A DNA stretch of 64,000 nucleotides from Limisphaerales bacterium. GTDB taxonomy: Bacteria; Verrucomicrobiota; Verrucomicrobiia; Limisphaerales; JACDHS01. Shown in pieces: positions 18,535-27,556 of this stretch (positions are counted from its first letter, which is position 1; the number at the start of each line of letters is the position of its first letter). The stretch lies in contig JBKJKE010000038.1 in NCBI GenBank assembly GCA_046597605.1, positions 75,703 through 139,702 of the forward strand, written 5' to 3'. Below the pieces are notes generated by a model that had not been told where the DNA came from, searched no databases, and saw only the letters and a list, made by a program, of their open reading frames with translations. A program made the translations under genes and the position numbers.

Positions 18535-19026
18535 TTACTTTTTAACAAGCTTAAAGAAGCGGCTCTGCTTTCCGTCTTTCATCTTGTCCTGATACAAAAA
18601 GGCGAGTCCGCTTTCGTCGAATTTCTCAAACCATTCATTCCACGATATTTTCTGAAGGGTGTCCTTGCCACTGAATCCAGGGAAGTCGATCCGGAGAATA
18701 CCCGGTTCCTTTTTCGTCCGGGTAATTTTAACCGTCGAGGGCACGCCTTTACGAGCTTCTGCCCATTTCTGAATCTTCGCGTGGTTCGTGGTGGTCTGCG
18801 CTGCCCCGGTTGCTTGTGCAGTTTTCGGTGCAGGTTTGGCTTTCGCAATTTTTTGCGCTTTTGGGGCCGCCTTGCGGCCGGCTTTGACAGCTGCCTTGCC
18901 CTTGGAGTTGGAGCTGCCCGCTGGTTTGACACTGCGAGTCAGTGTGTTTTTGCGGGCGGGTGCTTTAGCTGTGGCCTTGGCTTTGCTGCGCGGGCGACTG
19001 CCCGCTGAGTTAGTTGGCATTTTCAT
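18535..19026 (-). CDS. histone H1-like Lys/Ala-rich DNA-binding protein with conserved C-terminal globular domain
   Basis: Start at MKMPTNS (19026). The N-terminal 120 aa are KAKATAKAPARK...KAAVKAGRKAAPKAQKIAKAKPAPK low-complexity. The C-terminus has WAEARKGVPSTVKITR...FLYQDKMKDGKQSRFFKLVKK. Confidence 0.6.
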   Translation of the reverse strand: MKMPTNSAGSRPRSKAKATAKAPARKNTLTRSVKPAGSSNSKGKAAVKAGRKAAPKAQKIAKAKPAPKTAQATGAAQTTTNHAKIQKWAEARKGVPSTVKITRTKKEPGILRIDFPGFSGKDTLQKISWNEWFEKFDESGLAFLYQDKMKDGKQSRFFKLVKK

Positions 19027-19229
19027 AATAAATTGTTCACTCACTGGAGCGAACCTGGGAACTTCCAACTGAAATATTACGTATACAATGGGTGCAGACC
19101 GGAAAGATCCCTGAAGCATGCCGCCCACGGAGGGTCGTGTTCTGGCCTGATCTTTGGCTCCGGATGGATGCATCTTATTGCAAATGATTCGGTCCGGTGT
19201 GATTCAGCCGCCGGATTGAGCGAAACTAC

Positions 19230-20969
19230 TCAGCTGGAACTCTCTTTCGAGAGATCCAGCTTTTCAAACGTTTTGCCAAGCCACCAAATCATCAGGGCGG
19301 CCTCCATTGCCAATAACACCGCGCCGACCGCAGTGGTCGCCACCACCGCGACCCCCAATCCTCCAACATAGTAAGCAACGGCCGCGGTCACCCCTCCAAT
19401 ACCAGCTACCGGAAGCACCATGAGCGTCAACCCGAGGAATTGTCCGAGCATCAAAATAAGCCGCTGTCCGGTCGCCTCGATTCCGGCAGGTGCATCGCGC
19501 CCCGTCTGGAACCATGCTGGGAAAAGTAGCACGGCAAGATTTGGAATGGTCATGGTGACCAGGGTCAACAGTGGCAAGAGAAGTCCCAATCCCAGCACCG
19601 CCAGGAGCCGAGTGGGAATGGAGAGTGCGTCCATCCCTCGAAGGTCGAAGAACAACGCCGCCACAACAATAAGCACCCATTGGACAGCGGTAAGCACGGT
19701 GCACGGAGTGAGCAGTTGACCCAGCGCTATTTGCCAACCTCGCATCGGCAAAAGTTTCAGCATTTCCGCATTTGGAAAATCCTGGCGGAAATCGCGTCGC
19801 ATCAGGGCTGGCCCAATGAACACTGACCACCCCAGGAACATCAGCGCCATGAAACCGATGATGCTGCTGCCACTGCCGCGCGCGGCATTGGCGAAAATCA
19901 GCATCGGAACCAGCACCCCAAATCCGAGAATAAACATTGTTCGCTTTTGAAAGGGATGGCCCATGCTGATCAAATTTTTCCAGAAAATCGCGATCAAGGG
20001 CGTCCCGTGCGGTAACAATTTAAACCAGGCCCGCCTTGGTTTGGTGATGGTGACTTTCCAATTGCCGTTCCTGGCTGCGGAAACCAATTCTGCACGTTTC
20101 TTCGAATGTTCAGCACTGGCTTCTTCGAACGCCACGTTCATGCGCAGCACCCAAAAATATTGCAGAAAGTAAACGCACAACACCGGCAGCACTGCTAACC
20201 CGAAGGAAAGGGGATCTTTGGCGAAGAGTGGTTGAATCAACATGCGGAACGGCATGAGGAGGTAGGGAGTGATGCCGCTCTCGAAAACGTTGGCCAGTTC
20301 GGTCGACAAATCGCGAATGTCACTGATGGCATACGGATTGAACGTCTCCATGGCGTGCTTTGCGCTGAGGGCGACCGCTGTCACGATTGCGACAACCACG
20401 AGAATTGCAGCGATTTTCCAACGCTTTGGGGACAAGCCTCGATCCAACAACATGGTTCGAAGGAAGGACGCAGCCAGAAAATGTAAGCTCATCGTCGCAA
20501 AGAGAAGCCAGTAGGCAATTAGTGGCATCCAGAAGTAGGCGCTACTCTTGAAGCGGCCGGAAATGAGTGTGACAAATATCGAGGTGAGCAGCAGACCGAC
20601 CTGGCCAGTAATCAGCTTGTAATGGATCAGATTCTTGCGGGAAATCGGTGCAGTAAACAGGAAGGCCACTTCCGCTTCGTTAAAATTAAGGGCGGCTCGT
20701 TTTTTCGGAAGCGCCCACGCCATCAGCACCACCAGGAACAAAACAAATGCGCCTAATAGCTGAAATCCTGCGATCTGCTCGGCATTCAGGTAGTTGCCTA
20801 TTTCGGGGCCGGGACGCGAAGAAAATAAGTGCCGAACAAAATAGGCGTAGAAATAAAGGGCGCCCACGATCGCGCCAAAGAGATATTTGGGCTGACGCAG
20901 GCGACGCACTCGAACCAGCAGATGATTCTTCCAGCTGTGCAGTTGCAGGAAAGCGAGCGCTGCAATCAT
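19230..20969 (-). CDS. polytopic membrane protein, probable ABC exporter permease partner
   Basis: 579 aa with many hydrophobic segments. ATGA overlap with upstream ABC ATPase gene (20966-20969). Confidence 0.65.
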   Translation of the reverse strand: MIAALAFLQLHSWKNHLLVRVRRLRQPKYLFGAIVGALYFYAYFVRHLFSSRPGPEIGNYLNAEQIAGFQLLGAFVLFLVVLMAWALPKKRAALNFNEAEVAFLFTAPISRKNLIHYKLITGQVGLLLTSIFVTLISGRFKSSAYFWMPLIAYWLLFATMSLHFLAASFLRTMLLDRGLSPKRWKIAAILVVVAIVTAVALSAKHAMETFNPYAISDIRDLSTELANVFESGITPYLLMPFRMLIQPLFAKDPLSFGLAVLPVLCVYFLQYFWVLRMNVAFEEASAEHSKKRAELVSAARNGNWKVTITKPRRAWFKLLPHGTPLIAIFWKNLISMGHPFQKRTMFILGFGVLVPMLIFANAARGSGSSIIGFMALMFLGWSVFIGPALMRRDFRQDFPNAEMLKLLPMRGWQIALGQLLTPCTVLTAVQWVLIVVAALFFDLRGMDALSIPTRLLAVLGLGLLLPLLTLVTMTIPNLAVLLFPAWFQTGRDAPAGIEATGQRLILMLGQFLGLTLMVLPVAGIGGVTAAVAYYVGGLGVAVVATTAVGAVLLAMEAALMIWWLGKTFEKLDLSKESSS

Positions 20970-21736
20970 ACTGTTTCCTTAACCTCACCTGTAACGCGGA
21001 AAAAGACTTCTTCGAGATTGGCGTCCGCAGAATACTTCTGGCGGATTTCTGCGAGAGTCCCGTCCACGACTTTCTGACCATTTTTGACGATCAACACATG
21101 GGAGCAGACTTCCTCCAGCAGGTGAAGGAGATGAGAACTGATCACGATCGCTGCTCCTTCGCGGGCGCGACGGACAATCGAATCTTTCATCCGCCGGATG
21201 CCGATCGGATCGAGCCCCGTCAAAGGCTCATCGAAGAAAATGACTCTTGGGGAATGGAGCAAACCGCAAGCAATCGCGAGCTTCTGCTTCATCCCGCGAG
21301 AAAGTTCACCCGGCAATGAATTCGCTTTTTCGCGGAGTTCCAGCTCCGCCAGCAGTTGCGCTCCTTTTTCCCCTGCATTTTCGACGTTGTAAACGCGGGC
21401 GATGAACTCGAGATGCTGGTTTACGGTGAGATAATCGAAAAGCCGCGGTTCATCGGAAAAAAACGCGAGCTGCTGTTTGGCTTTGACTGGTTCCGCGACA
21501 ATATCGTGGCCGCAAATCCGGACGGTACCGCCCGAAGGAGGGATAATTCCACAAAGACAACGTAGTGTCGTTGTTTTGCCCGCCCCGTTTGGACCAACGA
21601 GCCCAAGAACCTCTCCCGCTCTGACTTGGAAAGAGAGATCGTTGACCGCTGGAAAATCGTCATAAACCTTCTTAAGCCCTGAAACCGAAATCGCCGGAGT
21701 GTCTAATGCGGGCCAAGCCGGGGGAATTTCGTTCAT
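20966..21736 (-). CDS. ABC transporter ATP-binding protein
   Basis: Walker A GPNGAGKTT, signature LSRGMKQKLAIA, Walker B VIFFDEPLTGLD. Confidence 0.9.
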   Translation of the reverse strand: MNEIPPAWPALDTPAISVSGLKKVYDDFPAVNDLSFQVRAGEVLGLVGPNGAGKTTTLRCLCGIIPPSGGTVRICGHDIVAEPVKAKQQLAFFSDEPRLFDYLTVNQHLEFIARVYNVENAGEKGAQLLAELELREKANSLPGELSRGMKQKLAIACGLLHSPRVIFFDEPLTGLDPIGIRRMKDSIVRRAREGAAIVISSHLLHLLEEVCSHVLIVKNGQKVVDGTLAEIRQKYSADANLEEVFFRVTGEVKETV

Positions 21737-21968
21737 CTTGAAGGAACGCTAGCAATGATGAGGGACGGCGTAAAGGTGTACAGACTCTTCTCAAATAGGT
21801 CAGAATGCGTGAAAATGTTCTGCAGCGTCGGATTCAAGAATGGGAATGCTTAGTAGGAAAGCTTTACTCCCTCTGGGAGCGTTCGTAGCCGAGCAGCTGT
21901 CTCTTACGCATCTCAAGTCTTCACACATAGCGTGCATGGTGGCTGATACAAGTCCTGCTCATTCCTGC

Positions 21969-22262
21969 TCAATTCCAAGGGTCTTTCCAAATATTGAAAC
22001 AGACGATTAGTATAAAAACAAATGCGGAGACGTCGCATATTGCCTCAGCTCTCCTTCTAGCTGTCGGGCACAACCCTTTCATCATTCTAAGCGGTACAAA
22101 TAGAAGAAGGGTGGACCACCCTAAACCGAAAACAATGCCAACGAAAAAGCCGATAAAAATAAAACTGTTCCCTTGGAATCCCATGTCTACCCCGCCGAAG
22201 AAGCCTGCCAAACAGCAGAAAAACACCCGGAGGATTTGAAAAATAGTCTTCAAATTTCTCAT
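21969..22262 (-). CDS. hypothetical small membrane protein
   Basis: 97-aa ORF with two hydrophobic helices, upstream of the ABC operon on the same strand. No motif. Confidence 0.3.
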   Translation of the reverse strand: MRNLKTIFQILRVFFCCLAGFFGGVDMGFQGNSFIFIGFFVGIVFGLGWSTLLLFVPLRMMKGLCPTARRRAEAICDVSAFVFILIVCFNIWKDPWN

Positions 22263-22435
22263 CTATTTAGGACAACCTTTTTTGGAAAAAATTTGGCAGG
22301 ATGCGGACAGCGCAAGTGAACGTAATCACACACCGTCCGCAGATATTCAATCCTCAACGCCCATGGCATCCGCTCCCGATGCCCTAGATGCCCACCCACT
22401 TTGTGTCAATGCTGCGGACCGCCCCCCAGCGAGGG

Positions 22436-22775
22436 ATTTGCTCGAACAGAGGTGGATTCCAGGAAAATTTCGGCCCTTGTTTCCAGAACAGAGACGGATT
22501 TAAGACTTTTTTCGGCCCCTGTTCGAGAACGGAGGCGGATTTAAGACTTTTTTCGGTCCCTGTTCCAGAACAGAGGCGGATTTGAGACTTTTTTCGGTCC
22601 CTGTTCCAGAACAGAGGTGGATTTGAGACTTTTTTCGGTCCTTGTTCCAGAACAGAGGCGGATTTAAGACTAATTTCGGTCCTTGTTCCAGAACAGGGGC
22701 GGATTTAAGACTTTTTCCGGTTCCTGTTCCAGAACAGGCCCCGTTTTAAGCCTAATATTCACCTCTGTTCTGGGG
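22436..22775. repeat. intergenic tandem array of ~8 copies of a 41-bp unit (consensus TCCAGAACAGAGGCGGATTTAAGACTTTTTTCGGTCCCTGT), each unit containing the palindrome CTGTTC-CA-GAACAG
   Basis: Units begin at about 22441 (degenerate), 22482, 22523, 22564, 22605, 22646, 22687 and 22728 (degenerate, ending ~22773). The period of 41 is not a multiple of 3, and units differ by 0-4 point substitutions. Confidence 0.85.
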
Positions 22776-22964
22776 TTCGAATCGTTGTAAATGCCTGAGA
22801 ATGCGTGGCTTACAACAACCACCATGGGATTTAACCGCTGTTTCAGCAGACTGGGAAACAACGTCTTTTTTGATCCTGCGCCATTCGGCGGTCGGCCTCT
22901 TCAAAAGACAGTAAACCGATTCAATTTGCCCCATCACTCCGCTGTTGCATCCAAACAACCATCG

Positions 22965-23966
22965 TTAAGGGGACGAATCCGACGCCTTGCTCTTTGAATC
23001 CACGGGAGCCGTTTCTGTTGCACCATCCGGCTTCTTGCCTTTTTCCAACTCATCAGCCCTGCGAGCGAGCTTGTCTTTGATCCCGGCATACATCTGGTTC
23101 GTCAGCGAGGTCAGATCTTTCCTCGCCTCATCAAACCTGCCGAGATTGAGTTTGCAACGGGCGAGGTGAATTACGATTCCTTCGCGTTCGATTTCATCAC
23201 GCGCCAGTGGCAACACCCCTTCCCACGCTTTGAGCCCTTCATCGTAGCGTGGAGGTTTGGTGCCATAAAAACTTTGGGCATAATCCGTCGCCAGGATGAA
23301 ATCATTCGGAGCCAACTTCATGGCCTGACGATAAAGTCCTAGGGCTTTGTCGAAGACCTCGGTTTCCGAGATGCCATAATATTCCATGGCGTCCGGTCGA
23401 AAGAGGTAAACGGTGGTGGCAAAGTTTTGAAAGTAAACCGGTTCGTCCGGGTCCAACTCGATGGCTTTGGCGTAATACTCGAACGATTTCTTCACCGGAC
23501 TGCGGTGCCCGTAATAATTCGCTAAATTGTTGTAGATGGCCGGATTCTTAGGGTCGAGCTCCCGCGCTTTTTCCCAGGCGACCTTTGCTCCAAATTCATC
23601 CCCGCGTTCATTCAGGAAACTGCCGTACGCCACATGCGCCCTGGAATGTTTGGGATTACGTTCGAGAAAATCTTCGTAAGCTTTTTTTACCACATCCAGG
23701 CGCTGTTCGATTTTCAGGTTGAGGGTGGCTTCGGAAGTACCAACCCCTTTTTCCTCAAATTGCTTGGCGTCCCGGATCCATTTGTCGATCTCTGTCCGAG
23801 CCTCATCGTCCTGGCGCATGATTGCCTTGTATTCGCGTTCAACTGGATCTTTGGGATTAGCAACGTCAATGGAAATCCCGGTTGTGTTCTCCACAAGATT
23901 ACTGACGGCAGCAGGTTCATTAGTAGAAACAAGCGCGCTCAGCAGTCCGATCAAGAGTTTACTCAC
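22965..23966 (-). CDS. secreted tetratricopeptide (TPR) repeat protein
   Basis: Signal-like N-terminus, repeated A..Y..A/LG..EA TPR-like helices, Asp/Lys/Ser-rich C-terminal tail. Confidence 0.7.
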   Translation of the reverse strand: MSKLLIGLLSALVSTNEPAAVSNLVENTTGISIDVANPKDPVEREYKAIMRQDDEARTEIDKWIRDAKQFEEKGVGTSEATLNLKIEQRLDVVKKAYEDFLERNPKHSRAHVAYGSFLNERGDEFGAKVAWEKARELDPKNPAIYNNLANYYGHRSPVKKSFEYYAKAIELDPDEPVYFQNFATTVYLFRPDAMEYYGISETEVFDKALGLYRQAMKLAPNDFILATDYAQSFYGTKPPRYDEGLKAWEGVLPLARDEIEREGIVIHLARCKLNLGRFDEARKDLTSLTNQMYAGIKDKLARRADELEKGKKPDGATETAPVDSKSKASDSSP

Positions 23967-24131
23967 AGGGGAAGAGTAAACGTACCAAAGACGGCTGCAA
24001 GTCTGGGAACGGGGGGTGAATTGTGTATGGTTACATTGTTACATGGTGGGAAGGCAGAACGCCGTTCCACCATTCAACAATTCACAATTTAACTATTCAA
24101 CGCAGCCCAATTTCCTGAAAGTCTCTGCCGC

Positions 24132-25538
24132 ATGTCACGTTCGACCGATATCCGCTGCGTAGGAGCGAAATTATTCTTCTTACCGGTCCACACCCGGGTT
24201 CCGCTCAAATTCGGCGCCGAAACAGTTACCTACGTCACCTGCGCACGAGTATGTCTCACGGTCGAAGATCGAACGGGGCGACGCGCCACAGGATGGGGAG
24301 AAACCCCACTAAGCGTGCAATGGGTCTGGCCCAGCAAAGTTCCCTATGAAACCCGGCACACTATTCTGAAGCAGTTCTGCATCGAACTGGCACAAAAATG
24401 GACAGACTTTGACGAATCGGGGCATCCGATCGAGCTCGGATATGGCTTTCAGGAAACTATTTTACCCGATTTGGTGAAAAAATTCGGGGCTCGTGGAGAA
24501 ATAAATGAACCGATGCCGAGGCTGGCCGCCCTGGTCTGTTGCTCACTTTTTGACATCGCTCTGCATGACGCTTACGGAAATTTTCATGGGGTTCCGGTTT
24601 ACAAAACTTACGGCCCTGAGTTCATGAATCGGGACCTCGCAGACTTCCTGGTTCCCGCACCTGAAATGAAGGTGGATTTCGCGAGAAAATACCCGATCGA
24701 TTTCCTTTCGAAGAATGTTCCGTCCACCCTTGCTGCCTGGCACCTCGTCGGAGGTTTGGATCCACTGGATGAAACTGAGTTGAATGGAACCGAGCCGCGC
24801 GACGGGTATCCGGTGACCCTCCTGGAGTGGATCAAAACCGATGGTCTCAAGTGCTTGAAAATCAAACTTCGTGGGAACGATTCCGGGTGGGATTACGGAC
24901 GGCTTTTGAAGGTTGGGCAGATGTCTTTAGATCACCAGGTGGAAGCCCTTTCCGCAGACTTCAATTGCACCGTCACAGACCCTGCGTATGTGAACGACAT
25001 TCTGGATCGGTTGAAAAAAGACCGCCCGGAAATTTTTGATTTACTCTCCTACGTGGAACAGCCGTTTCCTTATGATTTAGAGGCAAATCGCATTGATGTA
25101 AGCAGTGTTTCGAAACGTTTGCCGCTGTTCCTCGACGAGAGCGCACACGACTGGAAAGTGATCAAACTCGGGAGGGAATTAGGCTGGTCCGGCGTAGCTT
25201 TAAAGACCTGCAAAACCCAGACCGGTGCCCTGCTCTCCGCGTGCTGGTCGAAAGCCCATGGCATGCCGTTGATGGTGCAGGATTTAACCAACCCGATGCT
25301 TGCTCAGATTCCGCATGTATTACTCGCTGCCAACGTAGGCACAATCAAGGGGGTGGAAACGAATGCAATGCAGTTCTATCCCGAGGCTTCGTCGATCGAA
25401 GCGCAGGTACACCCCGGAATCTATCGCAGAAAAAAAGGTGAGATTACACTTGCCACGATTTGCGGAACAGGCTTTGGTTATCGGCTCGAAAAAATGAATC
25501 GTGAATTACCGGAATCTATCGCTGAATTTGGAGCGTAG
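24132..25538 (+). CDS. enolase-superfamily protein (mandelate racemase / muconate lactonizing enzyme-like), long 468-aa form
   Basis: KxK motif (CLKIKLRG), putative metal ligands ADFN / VEQP / LDES in the expected order, MR/MLE-like N-terminal capping domain. Confidence 0.65.
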   Translation: MSRSTDIRCVGAKLFFLPVHTRVPLKFGAETVTYVTCARVCLTVEDRTGRRATGWGETPLSVQWVWPSKVPYETRHTILKQFCIELAQKWTDFDESGHPIELGYGFQETILPDLVKKFGARGEINEPMPRLAALVCCSLFDIALHDAYGNFHGVPVYKTYGPEFMNRDLADFLVPAPEMKVDFARKYPIDFLSKNVPSTLAAWHLVGGLDPLDETELNGTEPRDGYPVTLLEWIKTDGLKCLKIKLRGNDSGWDYGRLLKVGQMSLDHQVEALSADFNCTVTDPAYVNDILDRLKKDRPEIFDLLSYVEQPFPYDLEANRIDVSSVSKRLPLFLDESAHDWKVIKLGRELGWSGVALKTCKTQTGALLSACWSKAHGMPLMVQDLTNPMLAQIPHVLLAANVGTIKGVETNAMQFYPEASSIEAQVHPGIYRRKKGEITLATICGTGFGYRLEKMNRELPESIAEFGA

Positions 25539-25724
25539 AAGCCTTGTCTGGAACTCACAAAATATCCCTGATGAGGGACTCAGCCATTTGCCGTAGACGT
25601 AAGTTGATGTATTGTAACGCCAACTTCTGATGATGGTCTCGCATAAAGGAAAGACCGGATGAAAAAGTGTATGCCGAATAGATGGCTTTGGCACCACTCT
25701 TTCTTACAGAAGACGCACTGAACT

Positions 25725-27482
25725 ATGCTCGCTCGCAAGTCAAGAAAGTCGATTAACCGTCTGGACGATTCCGTCCAGTCTTCTGACCTAGAACCTCAAC
25801 ACTCATCGCTTGTCACAGAGCCGCCGAATACGCGGACCAATGTGGCTGCTGGAGAGAAAGAGTTGGCCGAAAAATTGAAAGATTTGATTCGGCTCTCTCA
25901 ACAGCAAGGGTACATCACCTACGATGACATAAATGACAGTTTGCCCGAGGAAATCATTTCCCCGGAAAAATTGGAAGAAATCTACGCCAAGCTCCGCCAG
26001 TTAAACGTCAAGATCGTTGACTCTGCGGAAGCCGCCAAGCCCAAGCCGGCCGTAGACAAGGACGAAGAAGAAGAAGATGTCCAACCCGGCCGTCTCGATT
26101 TCCTCGATGATCCGGTCCAGATGTACATGAGTGAAATGGGCAAGGTCCCATTGCTCAACCGCGAACAGGAAGTAGAGATCTGCCAACGCATTGAAACCGC
26201 TGAAGAAGAAGCAGAAAAGCTTCTCTACAGCTTCGGCTTCATCGTCAAGGAGCACATCGCTATTGCGGAGAAGTTACTCTCCGATCCTCCACGCGAACGC
26301 TATGACCGCGTTGTCGCTGACAAAAAGGTCGGCAATCGCGAACTCCATCTGAAGGAAATGAAGCGCTTGATGAAACGCGCTGGCCTCCTGGATGAAACGC
26401 TTGATAAGAAGTACTCCGGTTTGCAACGCGCTGCCAAGGCGCGTCTCCCGCTCCTGCAAAAGGAATACACCAAGCTCAACGCCAAAGTAGCAAAGACCCT
26501 TCCGGAATTTTGCTATCACCGTCGTATCCTCGAAGAGATGACCCAGGTTGGTTCAAACATCTTCGAAGCGATTCAGACGTCCATGCGGCACATCGAAGAA
26601 TTTAAACAGCACCGCAAGTCGGCCCAGCAACAGGCGATCATTGCGAATGAAGAGCAAAAGCTGAAAGAGATCGAAAAACTGATCCGGATGACACCGGAAG
26701 TTTACGTCGCTGCTTTCCGCCAATTGCGCCAGGCCGAAGAGAACGGTCAAAAAGCCAAGACTCACATGGCTGAAGCGAACCTTCGCTTGGTCGTCTCTGT
26801 CGCCAAGAAGTATCTGAACCGCGGTCAATCGCTGCTCGACTTGATTCAGGAAGGCAATATCGGCCTGATGAAAGCGATCGAGAAGTTTGAATACCAGCGC
26901 GGTTACAAATTCTCGACCTACGCCATCTGGTGGATTCGCCAGGCGATCACCCGTTCCATTGCCGATCAAGGCCGCACCATCCGTATCCCGGTGCACATGA
27001 TCGAAATCCTGAACAAGCTCTGGCGCGCTGAAAAACATTTGCTGCAGGAACTTGGTCGTGAAGCCACGAACGAAGAACTGGCTGACGAATTGGAAATGTC
27101 CGCGCAACGCGTTTTCGCGCTGCAACGCATGGCCCAGCAACCGATCTCGCTCCAGACCCCTGTCGGCGAAGAAGGTGAAGCAACCTTCGGTGACTTGATC
27201 GAAGATAAGTCGATCGAGAACCCGTGGGAAACCACCAGCTTCCATTTGCTGAAAGAACGTCTCGGCGAAGTTCTCACGACCCTCACGGAACGCGAACGTC
27301 GCGTGGTCGAAATGCGCTTCGGCTTAACCGATGGCGAAGAACGGACCCTGGAAGAAATCGGTCAGATGTACCAGGTTACCCGCGAACGTATTCGTCAGAT
27401 CGAAGCGAAAGCATTGCGTAAACTGCGTCACCCGACGCGTATCCGCCAATTGCAAGGGTTCCTTGCAGAAGAAGTGGAATAA
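25725..27482 (+). CDS. rpoD: RNA polymerase primary sigma factor (sigma-70)
   Basis: Region 2 [44 protein letters not shown], region 1.1 acidic spacer, region 4 [30 protein letters not shown]. Confidence 0.95.
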   Translation: MLARKSRKSINRLDDSVQSSDLEPQHSSLVTEPPNTRTNVAAGEKELAEKLKDLIRLSQQQGYITYDDINDSLPEEIISPEKLEEIYAKLRQLNVKIVDSAEAAKPKPAVDKDEEEEDVQPGRLDFLDDPVQMYMSEMGKVPLLNREQEVEICQRIETAEEEAEKLLYSFGFIVKEHIAIAEKLLSDPPRERYDRVVADKKVGNRELHLKEMKRLMKRAGLLDETLDKKYSGLQRAAKARLPLLQKEYTKLNAKVAKTLPEFCYHRRILEEMTQVGSNIFEAIQTSMRHIEEFKQHRKSAQQQAIIANEEQKLKEIEKLIRMTPEVYVAAFRQLRQAEENGQKAKTHMAEANLRLVVSVAKKYLNRGQSLLDLIQEGNIGLMKAIEKFEYQRGYKFSTYAIWWIRQAITRSIADQGRTIRIPVHMIEILNKLWRAEKHLLQELGREATNEELADELEMSAQRVFALQRMAQQPISLQTPVGEEGEATFGDLIEDKSIENPWETTSFHLLKERLGEVLTTLTERERRVVEMRFGLTDGEERTLEEIGQMYQVTRERIRQIEAKALRKLRHPTRIRQLQGFLAEEVE

Positions 27483-27506
27483 CCGCCTGACATTGAATTA
27501 CACCAA

Positions 27507-27536
27507 GCCGCGTTTCGAAAGGAACGCGGCTTTTTT
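27507..27536 (+). terminator. Rho-independent terminator after rpoD
   Basis: GCCGCGTT-TCGAAAGG-AACGCGGC followed by TTTTTT, 25 nt after the rpoD stop. Confidence 0.75.
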
Positions 27537-27556
27537 GATATTATCCGTCAGGAAGA

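Noticed and set aside
19174-19229. Hairpin CTCTC-TTTC-GAGAG downstream of the ABC permease
   Set aside because: The stem is only 5 bp and has no U-tract on the relevant strand. This is not a convincing terminator.
22282-22585. ORFs 22282-22503 and 22388-22585 (+) running through the tandem repeats
   Set aside because: The repeat period of 41 is not divisible by 3, so each unit shifts frame. The translations are low-complexity repeat echoes.
22436-22775. Possible CRISPR array (regular repeats)
   Set aside because: The period is only 41 bp and the whole unit repeats with near-identity. There are no unique spacers, no cas genes nearby, and no leader-like AT-rich region.
22755-22790. tRNA-like T-loop motif GGTTCGAATC at the end of the repeat array
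   Set aside because: The flanking bases do not form a T-stem or acceptor stem. There are no D-arm or anticodon-arm candidates. It is probably a chance match or a degenerate last repeat.
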